DNA of 64,000 nt, taken from the NCBI GenBank assembly GCA_013239625.1, contig MU056029.1, positions 186,001-250,000 on the forward strand, given 5' to 3'. Shown here piece by piece: positions 24,770-37,046 of the stretch (the first letter of the stretch is position 1; every line of letters starts with the position of its first letter). Under the pieces are notes generated by a model. It saw only the letters and a program-made list of their open reading frames with translations, ran no database searches and was not told where the DNA came from. Both the position numbers and the translations under genes were made by a program. This stretch comes from Lama guanicoe. Its lineage: Eukaryota.

Positions 24770-26580
24770 TATGCTATATTAGAAGGGTGTCTCTTCTAGG
24801 CAACAGTTAAAGGAGTTGTATTATTTTTATCTCTTCTGCAAATTTCTGTCTTTTTATCTCTGTATTTGAACCATTTATACTGAAGGTAAATATTTATATG
24901 TTGATGCTTAAGTCAACCATTTTATTATTAGTTTTATGTTTGTTTCTCTGGTTCTTGTTCCTTTATTTCTCTCTCTCTTTTTTTTTTTTTTTTTTTTTTT
25001 TGTCTTCCTTTGTTTTCTTGAACAATTTTTTAAATTCCATCTTGATTTATTTATAATGTTTTTGAGTGTATCTCTTTGTATAGTTTTTTATTTTTTTAAT
25101 GGTTGCTCTGGGTATTACAATATAAATATCTGACTTATCACAGTCCACTAGTATTAACATTTTACTACTTTGTGTTAACTGTGGAGTTTCATGTCCACCT
25201 AGATCTCTTTACTTTCTCCTCTTTTAAATATTATTGGCTTGATTATCAGATAAGGTTACCATTTTGTTTCAATCATCAAATGTGACTGATGATTTATGAA
25301 ACATGATTTATAAAATCCATGAGGAGAAGGGTAGTTCAATGGATATACCCCACATTTCTGTTATTTCTTTTGTTTCTTCTTTTCTGATATCCCAAGGTTT
25401 CCTCTTTCATCAGTTCCTTTCTGTTTGCCTTTAAGGGTAGGTCTGCTAGCAACAAATTCTTTTAGTTTTCTTTCACCTGAAAATGGCTTTGTTTTCCTTT
25501 CATTCCTGAAGGATAGTGTTCCCAGAATTCGTGGTTAATTATTTTTTCCTTTCAGTACTTGAAAAATGTGCCACTTTCTTCTATCTCCGTCCTAAGGAGA
25601 GAACTCTTCTGTCATTTGTATCATTTTCCTCTCCAGGTAACAACACATCATTTCTCTTTATCATCTTTCAAGATGCTTTTCTTTTCCTTTGGCATGGGTT
25701 TCTTTCAGTTGATCCTGTTTGAGATCCACTCAGCTTGTTGAATCTGTAGGTTTGTGTGTGTCACCAAATTGAGGACATTTTCAGTTATTACTTCTTCATA
25801 TGCTCTTTCAGCTCCACTGTATTTCTCCTCTTTTTCCGGTACTCCGATGACAAAAATGTTAGATTTTTATTTTAATAGTCCCTTAGGCCTCTGAGACTCA
25901 GTTCATTCTTTGAAATCTATTTTTCTTTGTTGTTTAGATTGGTTCTTGAAATTGGACAAATTATTTCCCTCAGGTTCAGTGATTCTTTCCTCTGTCATCA
26001 CCATTCCACCAGTGAGCCCATCCAGTGAGTTTTTAAAAAAACTTTCTATTATATTTTTCAGTTCTCTAATTCCCATTTGGTTCTTTTTTGTAATTTCTAT
26101 TCATTTGCTGAGTTTCAGTGATTGTTTTTATTATTGATTATTGAAGCATTTTTATAACAGCTATTTTAAACCCTTATGGGAGGGCTAGTGTATAGCTCAG
26201 TGGTAGAGCACAGTGCTTAGCATGCGCCATGTCCTCGGTTCAATCCCTGGCACCTCCATTAAGATATAATAATAATAAATAAAAACAAATAAATAAACCT
26301 AATTAGCCTCCCCCAAAAAACCTTATCAGATAATTCCAGCATCTTATTCATTTCAGTGTTAATGTCAGTTTATTGCCATTTCTCAAATCAAGTTGTGATT
26401 TTCCTGGCTCTTGGCGTGACAGATGACTTTTTTGTATTATATCCTGGACATTTTGTCTATTGTGTTAGAAGACTTGGGGTCCTTAAAAAACCTTCAATTT
26501 TAGCGGGCAGTCACCCTGTTTAGGTTAAGCACTCAAGTTCTGGTTTACTTTTTCCAGCCTGTGGTTCCAAATCAGTTATA
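24770..26580 (-). mobile_element. Old L1 ORF1/ORF2 5' region (antisense)
   Basis: T-rich: ggtctgctagcaacaaattctttta, ttcattcctgaaggatag, ccaaattgaggacattttcagttattacttcttca. Confidence 0.75.
26177..26320 (+). mobile_element. Vic-1-like SINE
   Basis: gtatagctcagtggtagagca...ggttcaatccctggcacctccatt...cctaattagcctccccc; flanking repeat aaacccttat/aaaccttat. Confidence 0.9.
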
Positions 26581-26944
26581 TCTTAGTCTTTGGTCCCTTG
26601 ATTCATCTGCTGGTGCTGGGACTCCAAGCCCCTCTTAGCGCTGCCTGGCGGAGTGGCACAGGCTTCCCCAAGTTGGGCGACCAAGTGTCTTGGAGGAGGC
26701 GGGGAGTTTCAGTCAGATGGGGACAAAGGAGCTTCCTGGGCTGGGCTATTTGCCAAGGTGGCAGCCCTCTTCTGGTTCTGCCCACCCACAGGTACCTTGG
26801 CCAGTCTCTGCAGAGTGGGGGTCTCTTGCTTGTATTTCCCCTGGACTGTAAACCTGTAGAGGGGAGACCACATCTGGTTGTCAGTGTGCAGCCGTGGCCC
26901 CAGTGCGTGCACAGCACAGGGCAGACCGTGTGACAGGGTGTGCG

Positions 26945-27310
26945 GCAGGCTGGCGGTGTATTGTTCCCCAACACCCAGGGCCTCTTTGAGAATCGGCTTA
27001 TCGTTGTGACTCACCTACTTAATGAGAAGCAAGCAGGAATGATGAATGTCACTTACAGGCGGAAGCTTTGAGAGCCAGGAGGAGCTCTCTGCGTCCTCTT
27101 CCCTGTCGTGATCACTGACGAGGTTTCAGATGGCAGCTGTTCCCTCAGCCCACGTCCCAGAGTGGGGCCGATGACAGCTCAGAGCAGAGCCCCCACAGGG
27201 CTGGGAAGACGTGTGATGAGAGTGATGTAAATGAGCAGGAACCTTCGTGTGTGAACTGTGCAGATCTGGGCCGTTGTCTGTCACCACAGCATCGCCTTGC
27301 TTATTCTGCA
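26945..27310 (+). mobile_element. MaLR LTR (old MLT1-like)
   Basis: gaatgtcacttacaggcggaagctttgagagccag...agatggcagctgttccctcagcc...gtcaccacagcatcgcc. Confidence 0.6.
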
Positions 27311-27594
27311 GTGAATTTTGCTTAAAGAAAAAAATTGAGGGAAGAGGCAAATCCTGGTAGCTGTGGAGGGTACCAGAAACGCAGCAAATCATATACCTTA
27401 AAAATGCCATAAATTAAGCATTTTATTCATTTAGCTTGTGTTCCTTAGTTAAAACAACAAAAAGGGTTTTTACCCTAGAGAAATGAGAATCCGGAAATTT
27501 GCTCTGTGAAGACATCTGCAATACAGTGTGCTTTCCAGTAGGAGAATGGAGGGCTGGGGCTATTTTCAAGGAGGGCTTTTCCTGTCTCCTCCTG

Positions 27595-27913
27595 CTGTGA
27601 TCTATGTCCCCTCAAATGTATGCATTAAACCCCAAAGCCCAATGTGACAGTATCAAGAAGTGGGGCTTTGGCGAGGTGGTTAGATCATGAGGGCTCTGCA
27701 TGAATTATGACACGAATGCCCTTATAAAAGAGGTGCAGGAGAGCTCCCCTCCTTCCCACCACGTGAGGACACAGCGAGAAGCTGGCATCTGCAACACCAG
27801 GACCTGACTCCACGGGCACCCTGATCTTGGACTTCCAGGCTTCAGAACTCCAGAAATGTCTGTGGCTTATAAGCCACCCAGTCACTGTTACAGCAGTCCA
27901 AATGGGCTAAGAT
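27595..27913 (+). mobile_element. MaLR LTR (MLT1A-like)
   Basis: gcccttataaaagagg, gtgaggacacagcgagaag, ggcaccctgatcttggacttccaggcttcagaact, ttataagccacccagt, gttacagcagtccaaatgggctaaga. Confidence 0.85.
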
Positions 27914-28805
27914 GTCACCCCCAGGATGGACTCTAGCGCTGGCTTTGTGGCTCTGTGCTCATGCCCCAATTTTTGCCTTCCATAGCATTTGCATTTCTTT
28001 ATCATTCTTCTGCAAGATTCTGGTCTCCATCCTGCAGCTTGCTTTTGGATCTCCATAGGTCAGAGACAGGGTCAGTTCAGCCTGTACCAGACCCACAAGT
28101 ACAGCCTCCAGGTATGAACAAGGCCATAAGCAGGGAAACTGGATAGCATCTGAGAGGAAAGAAATCAAGTTTCCTCTCGGAACCCTTAGGTAAGCCCACA
28201 GCAGATGTATTATTGCTAGGTGGCGTTTATTAGGTTAAGCCGGCCTTGAGACATTCGTGGATGCTCCTAATGCAATTTGGACTGAGGAAAGGATATTCTG
28301 GTCTTTTTATGAGGATGCAGAAATACTTCCTGTCAACTCGTGATGAAGGAAACTGCACCTTTTTTTTTTTTACAATATTGAATTGGTGAAAGTGAAATCA
28401 CTTTACAATGAAATTAGATGACACATGGATCACTGAATCAGGGAACCACAGGGAACTCGCCTTGGCCTGTTAAGTCCCTGGAACAAACTCCGTGTGCATA
28501 GCTGTCCCTAAGGGCTGCTTTCCGCTGAAGACACCTCAGGCATGAAACACATCATCTTTTCTCTCCTTCTATCTTTATTCTACAGCTGCTGCCACCTACT
28601 CACCTACTCTTTATTCTTTAGGTTTCTGTCTCCCCTAAAAGTCTAGTAATGGAATAAATTCCTTTTTCTGCATCGACTGCTTTTTTTCTGCTTTCTGAGC
28701 AAGGTGTATAAGATTTTTTGTTTTATTTTTTCTTCACACACCTTTTTTCCCCCTATTTTTAAAAACTGAATTCTTTTTAAAAATTTGTATTTATTTGTTT
28801 AAAGA

Positions 28806-29341
28806 TTTTTGGGGGGGTAATTAGGTTTATTTATTTATTTTTTTTCAATTTTTTTATATTGAAGTATAGTCAGTTTACAATGTTGTATCAATTTCTGGTG
28901 TACAGCACACTGTTTCACTCATACATATACAGACATATTCATTTTCATGTTCTTTTTCATTATAGGTTACTGCAAGGTATTGAATATAGTTCCCTCTGCT
29001 ATACAGAAGAAACTTGTAGTTTATCTATTTTATATATAGTAGTTAGTATCTGCAAATCCCGAACTCCCAATTTATCCCTTTATTATTTTTTTTTATTGAA
29101 GTATAGTCAGTTTATAATGCAGTATCAGTTTCTGGTGGGCAGCACAATGTGTCAGTCATACATGAATATACATACATTCATTTTCATATTCTTTTTCACT
29201 GTGACCTACTATGAGATGTTGAATATATTTCCCTGTGCTGTACAACCTTTATTATTACTTTTTAATGGAGGTACTGTGGATTGAACCCAGGACCTCGTGC
29301 ATGCTAAGCAAGCACCCTACCATTGAGCTATTCCTTCTCCC
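28806..29341 (-). mobile_element. Vic-1-like SINE split by two nested L1 3' ends
   Basis: SINE 3' part (gggggggtaattaggtttatttattt) at ~28806-28840 and 5' part (ttaatggaggtactgtggattgaaccc...gagctat) at ~29255-29341. Between them lie two antisense L1 tails, each beginning ttgaagtatagtcagttta (~28850-29080 and ~29085-29245). Confidence 0.85.
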
Positions 29342-31386
29342 ACTAGACTTTTTAATTTTAAGGATTTTATTATCCTCTAGGTGGAAATAAAGAGAAACAA
29401 AACGAAAAATTTTTTAAAACGTGGGCAAAGTTCAATATGTAAGAAGTCTCACAAGGTCCCTATAGTTCTCATTCTCTGGCTTGCACAAAATGTGAGCAGA
29501 AGTGGACACAGCAGCCCCTTTACTCCATCCCCTGGCCAGACGAGTCCTCCTTCAGTGTTGAAGGAAAAGCCTTGATTCCTTCCTCAGCTCACTTGCCTCT
29601 GTCTGTGTGTCCATTTCCTTTGTGGCTGTTGAACATTTGAGAGGAAGTGCTGTTTCTTCCCGACATTTAAATCTCTGGGACCTAGCCCAGCACCCAGCAA
29701 AAGTGAGCTGCTCAATAAATGTTTATTAAGTAAAATACATGCTCTTGGTGAGTTTATTCTCTTGCAATTTAACAAATTACAATTTTGCTTCTGGAGTGGG
29801 AGCGTGAGGAGTTCCGCAAATGCACCTCTCCCAAAAAGCAATGAACACAGACAAAAACTGTCAAAATCAACCTTTAAAAGAACTCTCGAAATAAACCAGA
29901 GTTTTGCATTAATCTGAGGAGGGTTTATTCAGGAAAAACTGCTGAAAATGTGTAAGAACAGTAGGGTTTGTGGCTTTGTAATGTAATCTAAATCCATCTC
30001 CCTTCACGCAGCTGGGCAGTAAATTTGAAAACCACACGACCTCAGCCGCCTCACGACCACAGTAGCTATCAAAGCCAGCAATCTTGCAGCCACTGGGGGA
30101 GGGAGACCAGGTTTGGAGCTCCTTAAAAAGTCCTATCCTCAGACTAGTGTTCTTACTTTGGCTTGTCTCACAGTTCCCTGAAAAGCCACATTTTTCAAGG
30201 AATGATTGTTATTTGACCTGACTCGGAGCCCTGCATTATAGGAAATTCCTTTTTCCAGGGCATTTGTCAAAATCAAACAGCAGCAAGTATTTAACATTGC
30301 AGCTGCCCCAAACTGTAACACAAGTTGGGACAAAGAGAACCCAACCAAAACTTAAACGGAAGATCAAAGCGCAGAAGATGGAGAAGATGTCATGGGGATC
30401 GAAAAGGTGCGCATGTGTGTCGGCATGTGTACATGCTCAGGAAAGACCTCGAGACCTTTAGGGAAGGCTAAGGAAGAGCTGTAAACTGCCAGACATTGAA
30501 AGAAGGCTTCCCCCCCCAACACACACACACACACACGACACTTTGCATACGACATTCCTTGCACACTACAAGGAATGCAGAATTTGTAGAATTATTCCAT
30601 GAAGTCACTAAATTAACAAACAACAACAAACAACAAAAATAACAAATTTGGGGTGTGAGAGAGAATATGATTTCTAGAGTTACCACATTGCATTATGTAA
30701 AATGATCAGTTTTCAACAAAAAATTACAAAGTCATGCAAGGAAATAAGAAAGTATGACCCATATATGAATAAAGCAGTCAACAGAAACTGTCTCTGAGGA
30801 AGCCCCAATGCTGGATTTACTAGACAAAAGCTTTACGTCAACAATTAGACTCAAAAAGCCAAAGGAAAGCATGTTCAAAGAATGAAAGGAAAGTATGGGA
30901 ACAATGTGTTACCAAATCTCCAATTTCTATCTCAGTGAAGAGATAGAAATTATAAAAGCAAAAGACCAAGTTGAAATTCTAGATCTAAAAATGCTACAAA
31001 TTATATGAAAAATTGCCTCAGAGAAATTTAACTTCAGGTGTAAGGTGGCAGAAAAATCAATGAATTTAAAGAAAGAGCCATTGAAATTATCCAGTCTGAG
31101 AAACAGAAAGGTAAAAAAATGAAAAAAATTAAAAAAGAACAGAGCTGCAAAAATTTGCGAGACACCATCAAGGTTACCGAAACATCCACAAGAAGAGTCT
31201 TAGAAAGAGAGAAGAGAGAGGAAGGGGTAGAAGAAATACCTAAAGAAAAAATGACCAAAAACTCTCAAATTTTAATGAAAAGCACTTATGTACACAGCCC
31301 CCCCCCCAATTTCAAATTAGGTAAATGGAAATAAATCTACACCTATACATATCATAGTCGAGCTGTTAAAAGATAGAGAATTTTGG

Positions 31387-31957
31387 AGAGCAAGGTCATC
31401 AGTGGAGGGCACCATGCCTCACTCCCCAGAACTGCCCCAGCTGGGTGCCTACGGATGGAGGCTCTTCGCTGGGAAATCCTGCTTCCGCTCTCCTGTGTGA
31501 CTGCAAGTCGGCACAGCATTCTGGAATTTTTTTGGTCACTGAAATGATCTTGATCAGGAGATGAGAAAATGCTTGAAGAATGAATACATGGACGAGACAA
31601 ACCAGAGCAGGGAGCATGGCAACGAGATGTGAAAAGAGACTTTTTAATCCTCCAGAGGAGTCTGAAAAATAGATCCTATTTTCCTGGACTGCCTTGGCTG
31701 AGGGAAATCCCAAAGACTCTTGGTTGGCAGCTGAAAGAATCCTGTCTCATTTGGTCTCCAGACTCTTGTGAATAGAAGGTGACCTGTGGGAAATCGAGCC
31801 ATGGAAAAGTGCACCCTTAGCACGCTCTCTTCCACCAACACACCTGACTTCTCACATGTTTCTTCCCTTTGCCTTCCCTTTGCATTAACATTCAAGTAAT
31901 CTATCTCCCTCAATAAAATCATTGGTTCTAATAAAAAAAAGAAAGAAAGAAAGAAAG
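31387..31957 (+). pseudogene. CMC2: Processed pseudogene of CMC2 (COX assembly mitochondrial protein 2, twin CX9C)
   Basis: 31512-31672 reads HSILEFF/GH*NDLDQEMRKCLKNEYMDETNQSREHGNEM*/KRLFNPPEESEK*, matching the CMC2 C-terminus (HNILKFFGYCNDVDRELRKCLKNEYVENRTKSREHGIAMRKKLFNPPEESEK). It is intronless with two nonsense codons and two +1 frameshifts. AATAAA at 31912-31917, A-rich tail at 31930-31957, TSD agatagagaatttt/agagagagaatttt (from 31371 and 31958). Confidence 0.93.
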
Positions 31958-33389
31958 AGAGAGAGAATTTTTGAGGCAGAGGAAAATGATTCACAATGTA
32001 CAAATAATCCTCAGTAAGATTAATGACTGACTCTACACAAGAAACCAAAGCAATGTAGTGACAGATTCAAAGTGCTGAAAGAAAGAATGCCAATCAGGAA
32101 TTCTGTATACATAAAATTATCCTTCAGAAATAAAGCAGAAATTAAAGTATCCATAGATAAACAAAAACTGAGTGAATTCATCACTAGCAAATCTGCTCTA
32201 CAAGAAATAATAGTCTTTCAATTAAAATTAAGGAACACTTGACAGTCACTTGAATTCGCATGAGCTGTAATGCTCCTTTTTCCGTCTGACTAACAGACAA
32301 CTTCATAAAGCAGCAATTATAAAACTGTGCTGATGAGCTTATAATGTATAAACATGTAATTTATGTAATAGTAATGCACAAAGGAAGAGTGAATGGAGCT
32401 GTAATGGAGCAAACTTGTTGCATGCTACTGAAATTAGGTTGATATTGATCTGAATGAGATGGTTTTAAGTTATCAGGTTATTAGCCACTCAAAAATAACT
32501 AAAAATGCGGTAAAAGGAACAACAAAGAAATTTAAATGGCACACTGGAAAATATGTAATAATATGAAAGGAAGCAGCAATGAAAGAATACAGGAACAAAA
32601 ACCATATAAAACATATAGAAAACAAATAGCAAAATAGTAGACATAAACCTTACTTCATTAGTAATTACATTAAATGTAAATGAATTAAACACTCCAAGCA
32701 AAAAAGGCAGAGTCTGGAAGAAAAATTTAAGAACAATCTATCTCTGCTCTGTCTACAAGAGACACTTTAGACTAAAAAGTCTGAGATTGAAAACGAAAGG
32801 ATGGGAAAATATATAGAAGGCAAGCCATAATCAAAACAGTGCTGGGGTGTCTACACCAACAACAGACAAAATAGACTTTAAAATGAAACTTGTTACTAAA
32901 AACAAAGAAGTATACTTTATACTGACAAAGTGTTAATCCCTCACGAAGACGTAACATATTAACTATATATGCAAATATATAACAAACTACAATAACAAAA
33001 CCTTAAAGTACCTGAAGCAAACTTGACAAAAAGATGAAGAAACAGGTAATCCAACAACAATAGTTTGAGACTTCTTTTGAAGTACACCATTCAATAATGG
33101 TTAGAACAAGTAAGGAGAAATTCAACAAAGAACAACACTGTGAAACAAACGTTTAATTTACAAACCATTAGCTAGACCGAGCAAGAAAAAAGAGAGAAGA
33201 CTCAAGTTTTAAGATAAGGAACCAAATTTACAGGAAAAAAAAAAAGGAGCATTATAAGGGAATTCTGTGAAAAATATATGCCAATAAATGAGATAAACTA
33301 GGTGAAATGGACAAATTTCTAGAAAGACACAAAATACCAAAACTGACTCAGTATAAAATAGAAAATGTGAATAGATCTATTTAAATGTA

Positions 33390-33761
33390 AAGAGATTGAA
33401 AGTGGGAGGGTATAGCTGAGGTGGTAGAGTACATGCTTAGCATGCCTGAGGCCCTAGGTTCAATTCCCAGTACCTCTTCTAAAATAATAATAATAATAAT
33501 AAAACCTAATTACTCCTCCCCACTCCAAAAAAGTAAAGAGATTAAACTAGTAATTTTAAAACTTCCCACAAGTAGTAAGAGATTGAAAGTGGGAGGGTAT
33601 AGCTGAGGTGGTAGAGTACATGCTTAGCATGCCTGAGGCCCTAGGTTCAATTCCCAGTACCTCTTCTAAAATAATAATAATAATAATAATAAAACCTAAT
33701 TACTCCTCCCCACTCCAAAAAAGTAAAGAGATTAAACTAGTAATTTTAAAACTTCCCACAA
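33390..33761 (+). repeat. Tandem duplication (period 187) of a Vic-1-like SINE plus flanking L1 sequence
   Basis: Unit 1 at 33390-33571, 5-bp junction gtagt, unit 2 at 33577-33761. The units are identical except for one extra AAT in unit 2. SINE TSD is gtaaagagatt(g/a)aa. Confidence 0.95.
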
Positions 33762-34294
33762 AGGAAATTACATGCTCAGATGGCTTCACTGGTGAATTCT
33801 ACCAAACATGCAGCGAGTAATGCCTCTCCCTCACAACTCTTCAAAAAAACAAATAAAAGGAAGGGGATCTTTTCCACTCAATCTACAAAGACAGTTATTA
33901 CCCAGATACTGAAACCAAACAAAGACATCACAAGAATATTGACACTAACCCTCCAAAACCACTAGCAATTGGGATCCACCAATATATAAAAAGGATTATA
34001 CACCATGATCAAGTGGGGTTTTCTCCAGAATGTAATATTGGTTTAAAATTTTAAAATTAATCAATATAATATACTGTACTAATAAAATAAAGGACAAAAA
34101 TCACACGATCACTTGAATAGACGCAGAAGAAGCATTCAACAAAATCCAACGGCCTTTCTTGAAAAAACATTCAACAAACTAGGAATAGAATGCCTTCCAC
34201 CTAAGATCATGCACAGGACAAGGATGTTTACTCCCACCACTTCTACTTAACATTTTCCTGGAGGTTACAGCCTGGGAAATTAGTCAAAAAGAGA

Positions 34295-34905
34295 CCCAGA
34301 TGACCCAGCAATTCCACTCTTGGGTATATATCTGAAAAAAAAGCCACTAATTCAAAAAGATACATGTACCCCAGTGTTCACAGCAGCATTATTTACAACT
34401 GCCAAGATATGAAAGCAACCTAAGTGTCCATCAACAGATGAATAAAGAAATTGTGGTCTATTTATACAATGGAATACTACTCAGCCATACAAAAGAATGA
34501 AAATTTGCCATTTGCAACAACATGGAAGAACTTGGAGGGTATCAGGCTAAGTGAAAACAGGCAGACAGAGAAAGACAAACACTGTATGATATCACTTACG
34601 TGTGGAATCTAAAAAATACAACAAAGTAGTGAACATAAAAAGAAACAGACTCACAGATACAGAGAACAAACTAGTGGTTACCAGCGGGGAAAGGGATGGG
34701 GGAGGGGCAATACAAGAGTAGGGGATTAAGAGATACAAACTATTATGTATAAAATAAACTACAAGGATATATCGCACAACACAGGAAATATAGCCAATAT
34801 TTATAATAACTATAAATGGGGTATTACCTTTACAAATTATGAAACACTATATTGCACACTTGTAACTTAAATATTTTACATCAACTATATTTCAATTTAA
34901 AAAAC
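34295..34905 (+). mobile_element. Younger L1 3' end nested in the old L1
   Basis: gacccagcaattccactcttgggtatata...cagacagagaaagacaaa...tcacagatacagagaacaaactagtggttaccag...tacatcaactatatttcaattt. The host L1 ORF2 resumes near 34930. Confidence 0.85.
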
Positions 34906-37046
34906 AGCACGCAATTTTTTCATGTAATTAAAAAAGAGAGAGAGAGAAATAAATGTGTCCAAAGTAGACAGGACAAAGTAAAATAATTTCTATTCACAGA
35001 TGACACGAAAAATCCTAAACTAATTTGAACTTCATGAAAATAAAAACTTCCGTGCTTCATGCTTCAAAGGATACCACCAAGAAAGTGAAAAGATGAATGA
35101 GAGAATGTATTTGCAAATTGCATGTCTGATAAGAGTCTTGTGTCCAGCATATGTAAAGAAATCTTACCATCCACAGTAACAAGCCAATACAGTTTTTAAA
35201 AATGGAGAAAGGGTTTCTCCAAAGAAGATACACAAGTTGCCAATAAAAGCATGAAATGATTCTCTACAGCATTCGTCATTATTCATTAGGGAAATGCAAA
35301 TCAAATCCATGGTGAGATACCTATTTGTGCCTACTAGGCTGGCTAAAATAAAAAGAAAGAAGACAATGACAAGTATTGACAAGGATGCAGAGAAATTGGA
35401 ATCCTCATCCATTGTTGGTATAATTTAATATAGAACAGAAAACAATTTGGTAGTTCCTCAAAATGTTCTCATAGAATTCCGTATGACCTGCCAATTCTAC
35501 TCTCAGACATATACACAAGAAAAATAAAACATGAAAAAATAAAAACATATGTCTACATGAAACCTTAGACGAATGTTCAAAACAGCATTATTCGTAATAG
35601 TCAAAAATTGGAAACAGCCCAAATGTGTATCAAGTGATGATTAGATGAACAAAACGAGGCATATCCTCACAATGGAAGCTGTCCAACAATAAAGAGGAAT
35701 GAAGTGCTAATAAACATGCTCTTTTCTCTGCTTCCACCCCGACTCAGACACTGAGAATGACCTGTTCAGGAGTATGTACCTCTCATGAAAATGAGAAGAG
35801 CCTCTCAGCGTTTTGGATGACTGGGGCCCCTCTGCCTGTTGAAAGGGAGGAAGTGAATACTATTAGGTGACCAAATACAAATGAAGGCTTAAATTAAACC
35901 TCCTGCCACTTGGGGCGAGGCTAGAGGGGAGCAGGCGGCACAGTCTACAATGGTGTCATCATCATGTACCATTGGCCTCTTCCTCTTCCCCTTTCTTGGC
36001 TGACAGCATCTGATCTGAGAAGAGAAATGGTGCAGACAGCGCCTAGAGACTTGTGGGACTGACAGACTTAACTGTGGTCTCTTTGTATTTTCCTGAACCT
36101 TCCTCAAGCTTGAAGATGCCTTCGAGTCCCTGCAGTTCATTGCAATTCTCTTCTTGACTATAACCTACCAGGAGAGATCTGGTTTTTTTCTGCAGTTTCA
36201 GCAAAAACAAAGGTGATTACACTCCCTACCCTCAGGGTTGTCTTAGACTTGTGTCCTTGTCCAGCTGGGCAGAGCTCCCTGGATTCCTTCTAGATACGGT
36301 TTTCTCTTCTAGGAAACAGTCTTCCTACTGTCTCTGCAGAGTAGTTCATTTGATAGCCACACTATTTGTGTTCACCACTCCCATTGAATTCATGCCATTG
36401 GTGCTCCCTGGAGTTGTGTGTGTGACCACCCCTGGCTTCTCTGGTCTTGGCAGCTGGCCCTTTCCCATTGTCTGGGTGCTAGGGAAGACCAATGACCTTG
36501 TAGCCACCTGGGTGGTGGATGACTTTCCCACTAGCTCAGACAATATGGAAATGTGGCATTTGTGCCCACTTGAGTTTATGGACATATTCAGGCTCACTGC
36601 ATTTGACTTCTTGGTTGTAAGAAACAGGCATTTTTCTTGGAGAAGTTGAGTAGAAAATGAGTCTATTATAAGAACGCACAGCTGGAGAGCTGGCTTGCAC
36701 TGACCCAAGAACAGCAAAAATCATCCTGAATCTGTCTTGCATCTCTTTCTTTCTGACTCATTCCTTTTTTTAAAAAAAATCACTAGAGACCCACTTTTGG
36801 TTTCACCCTTCACAAGGAAGTGGAAGATGGCCTACTGGGGAAAACTGACTTTCTCTGACCCAGTTTTTAGAGTAGAGATTCTGACTTGCTCAATTTAGTC
36901 AGTTTCCACCTTTTGTGTGGGTTAGGCTGTCCAAAGACTCCTCCTGCATATATTGGACAATCTGAGGCAGGAGAGGTTTGTGAACTGGGTCAACCATCAT
37001 TACATTGTCTTTATGAGACAAAGACAACACTTAAAAAAGAGTGTGG

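Larger units (their letters stand above)
29790..35720 (+). mobile_element. Long degenerate LINE-1 (5' region, ORF1, ORF2 with deletions, 3' end) hosting several later insertions
   Basis: ORF1 motifs (EQSCKNLRDTIK, EKREEGVEEIPKEKM); ORF2 motifs (DGFTGEFYQT, catgatcaagtgggg = HDQVG, gacgcagaagaagcattcaacaaaatccaa = DAEEAFNKIQ); 3' motifs to ~35720. Confidence 0.88.

Noticed and set aside
33390..33761. CRISPR-like or other repeat-spacer array
   Set aside because: It is a two-unit duplication in mammalian DNA; there is no repeat-spacer architecture anywhere in the window.
29790..35720. Intact or active LINE-1
   Set aside because: ORF1 and ORF2 contain many stops, deletions and nested insertions.
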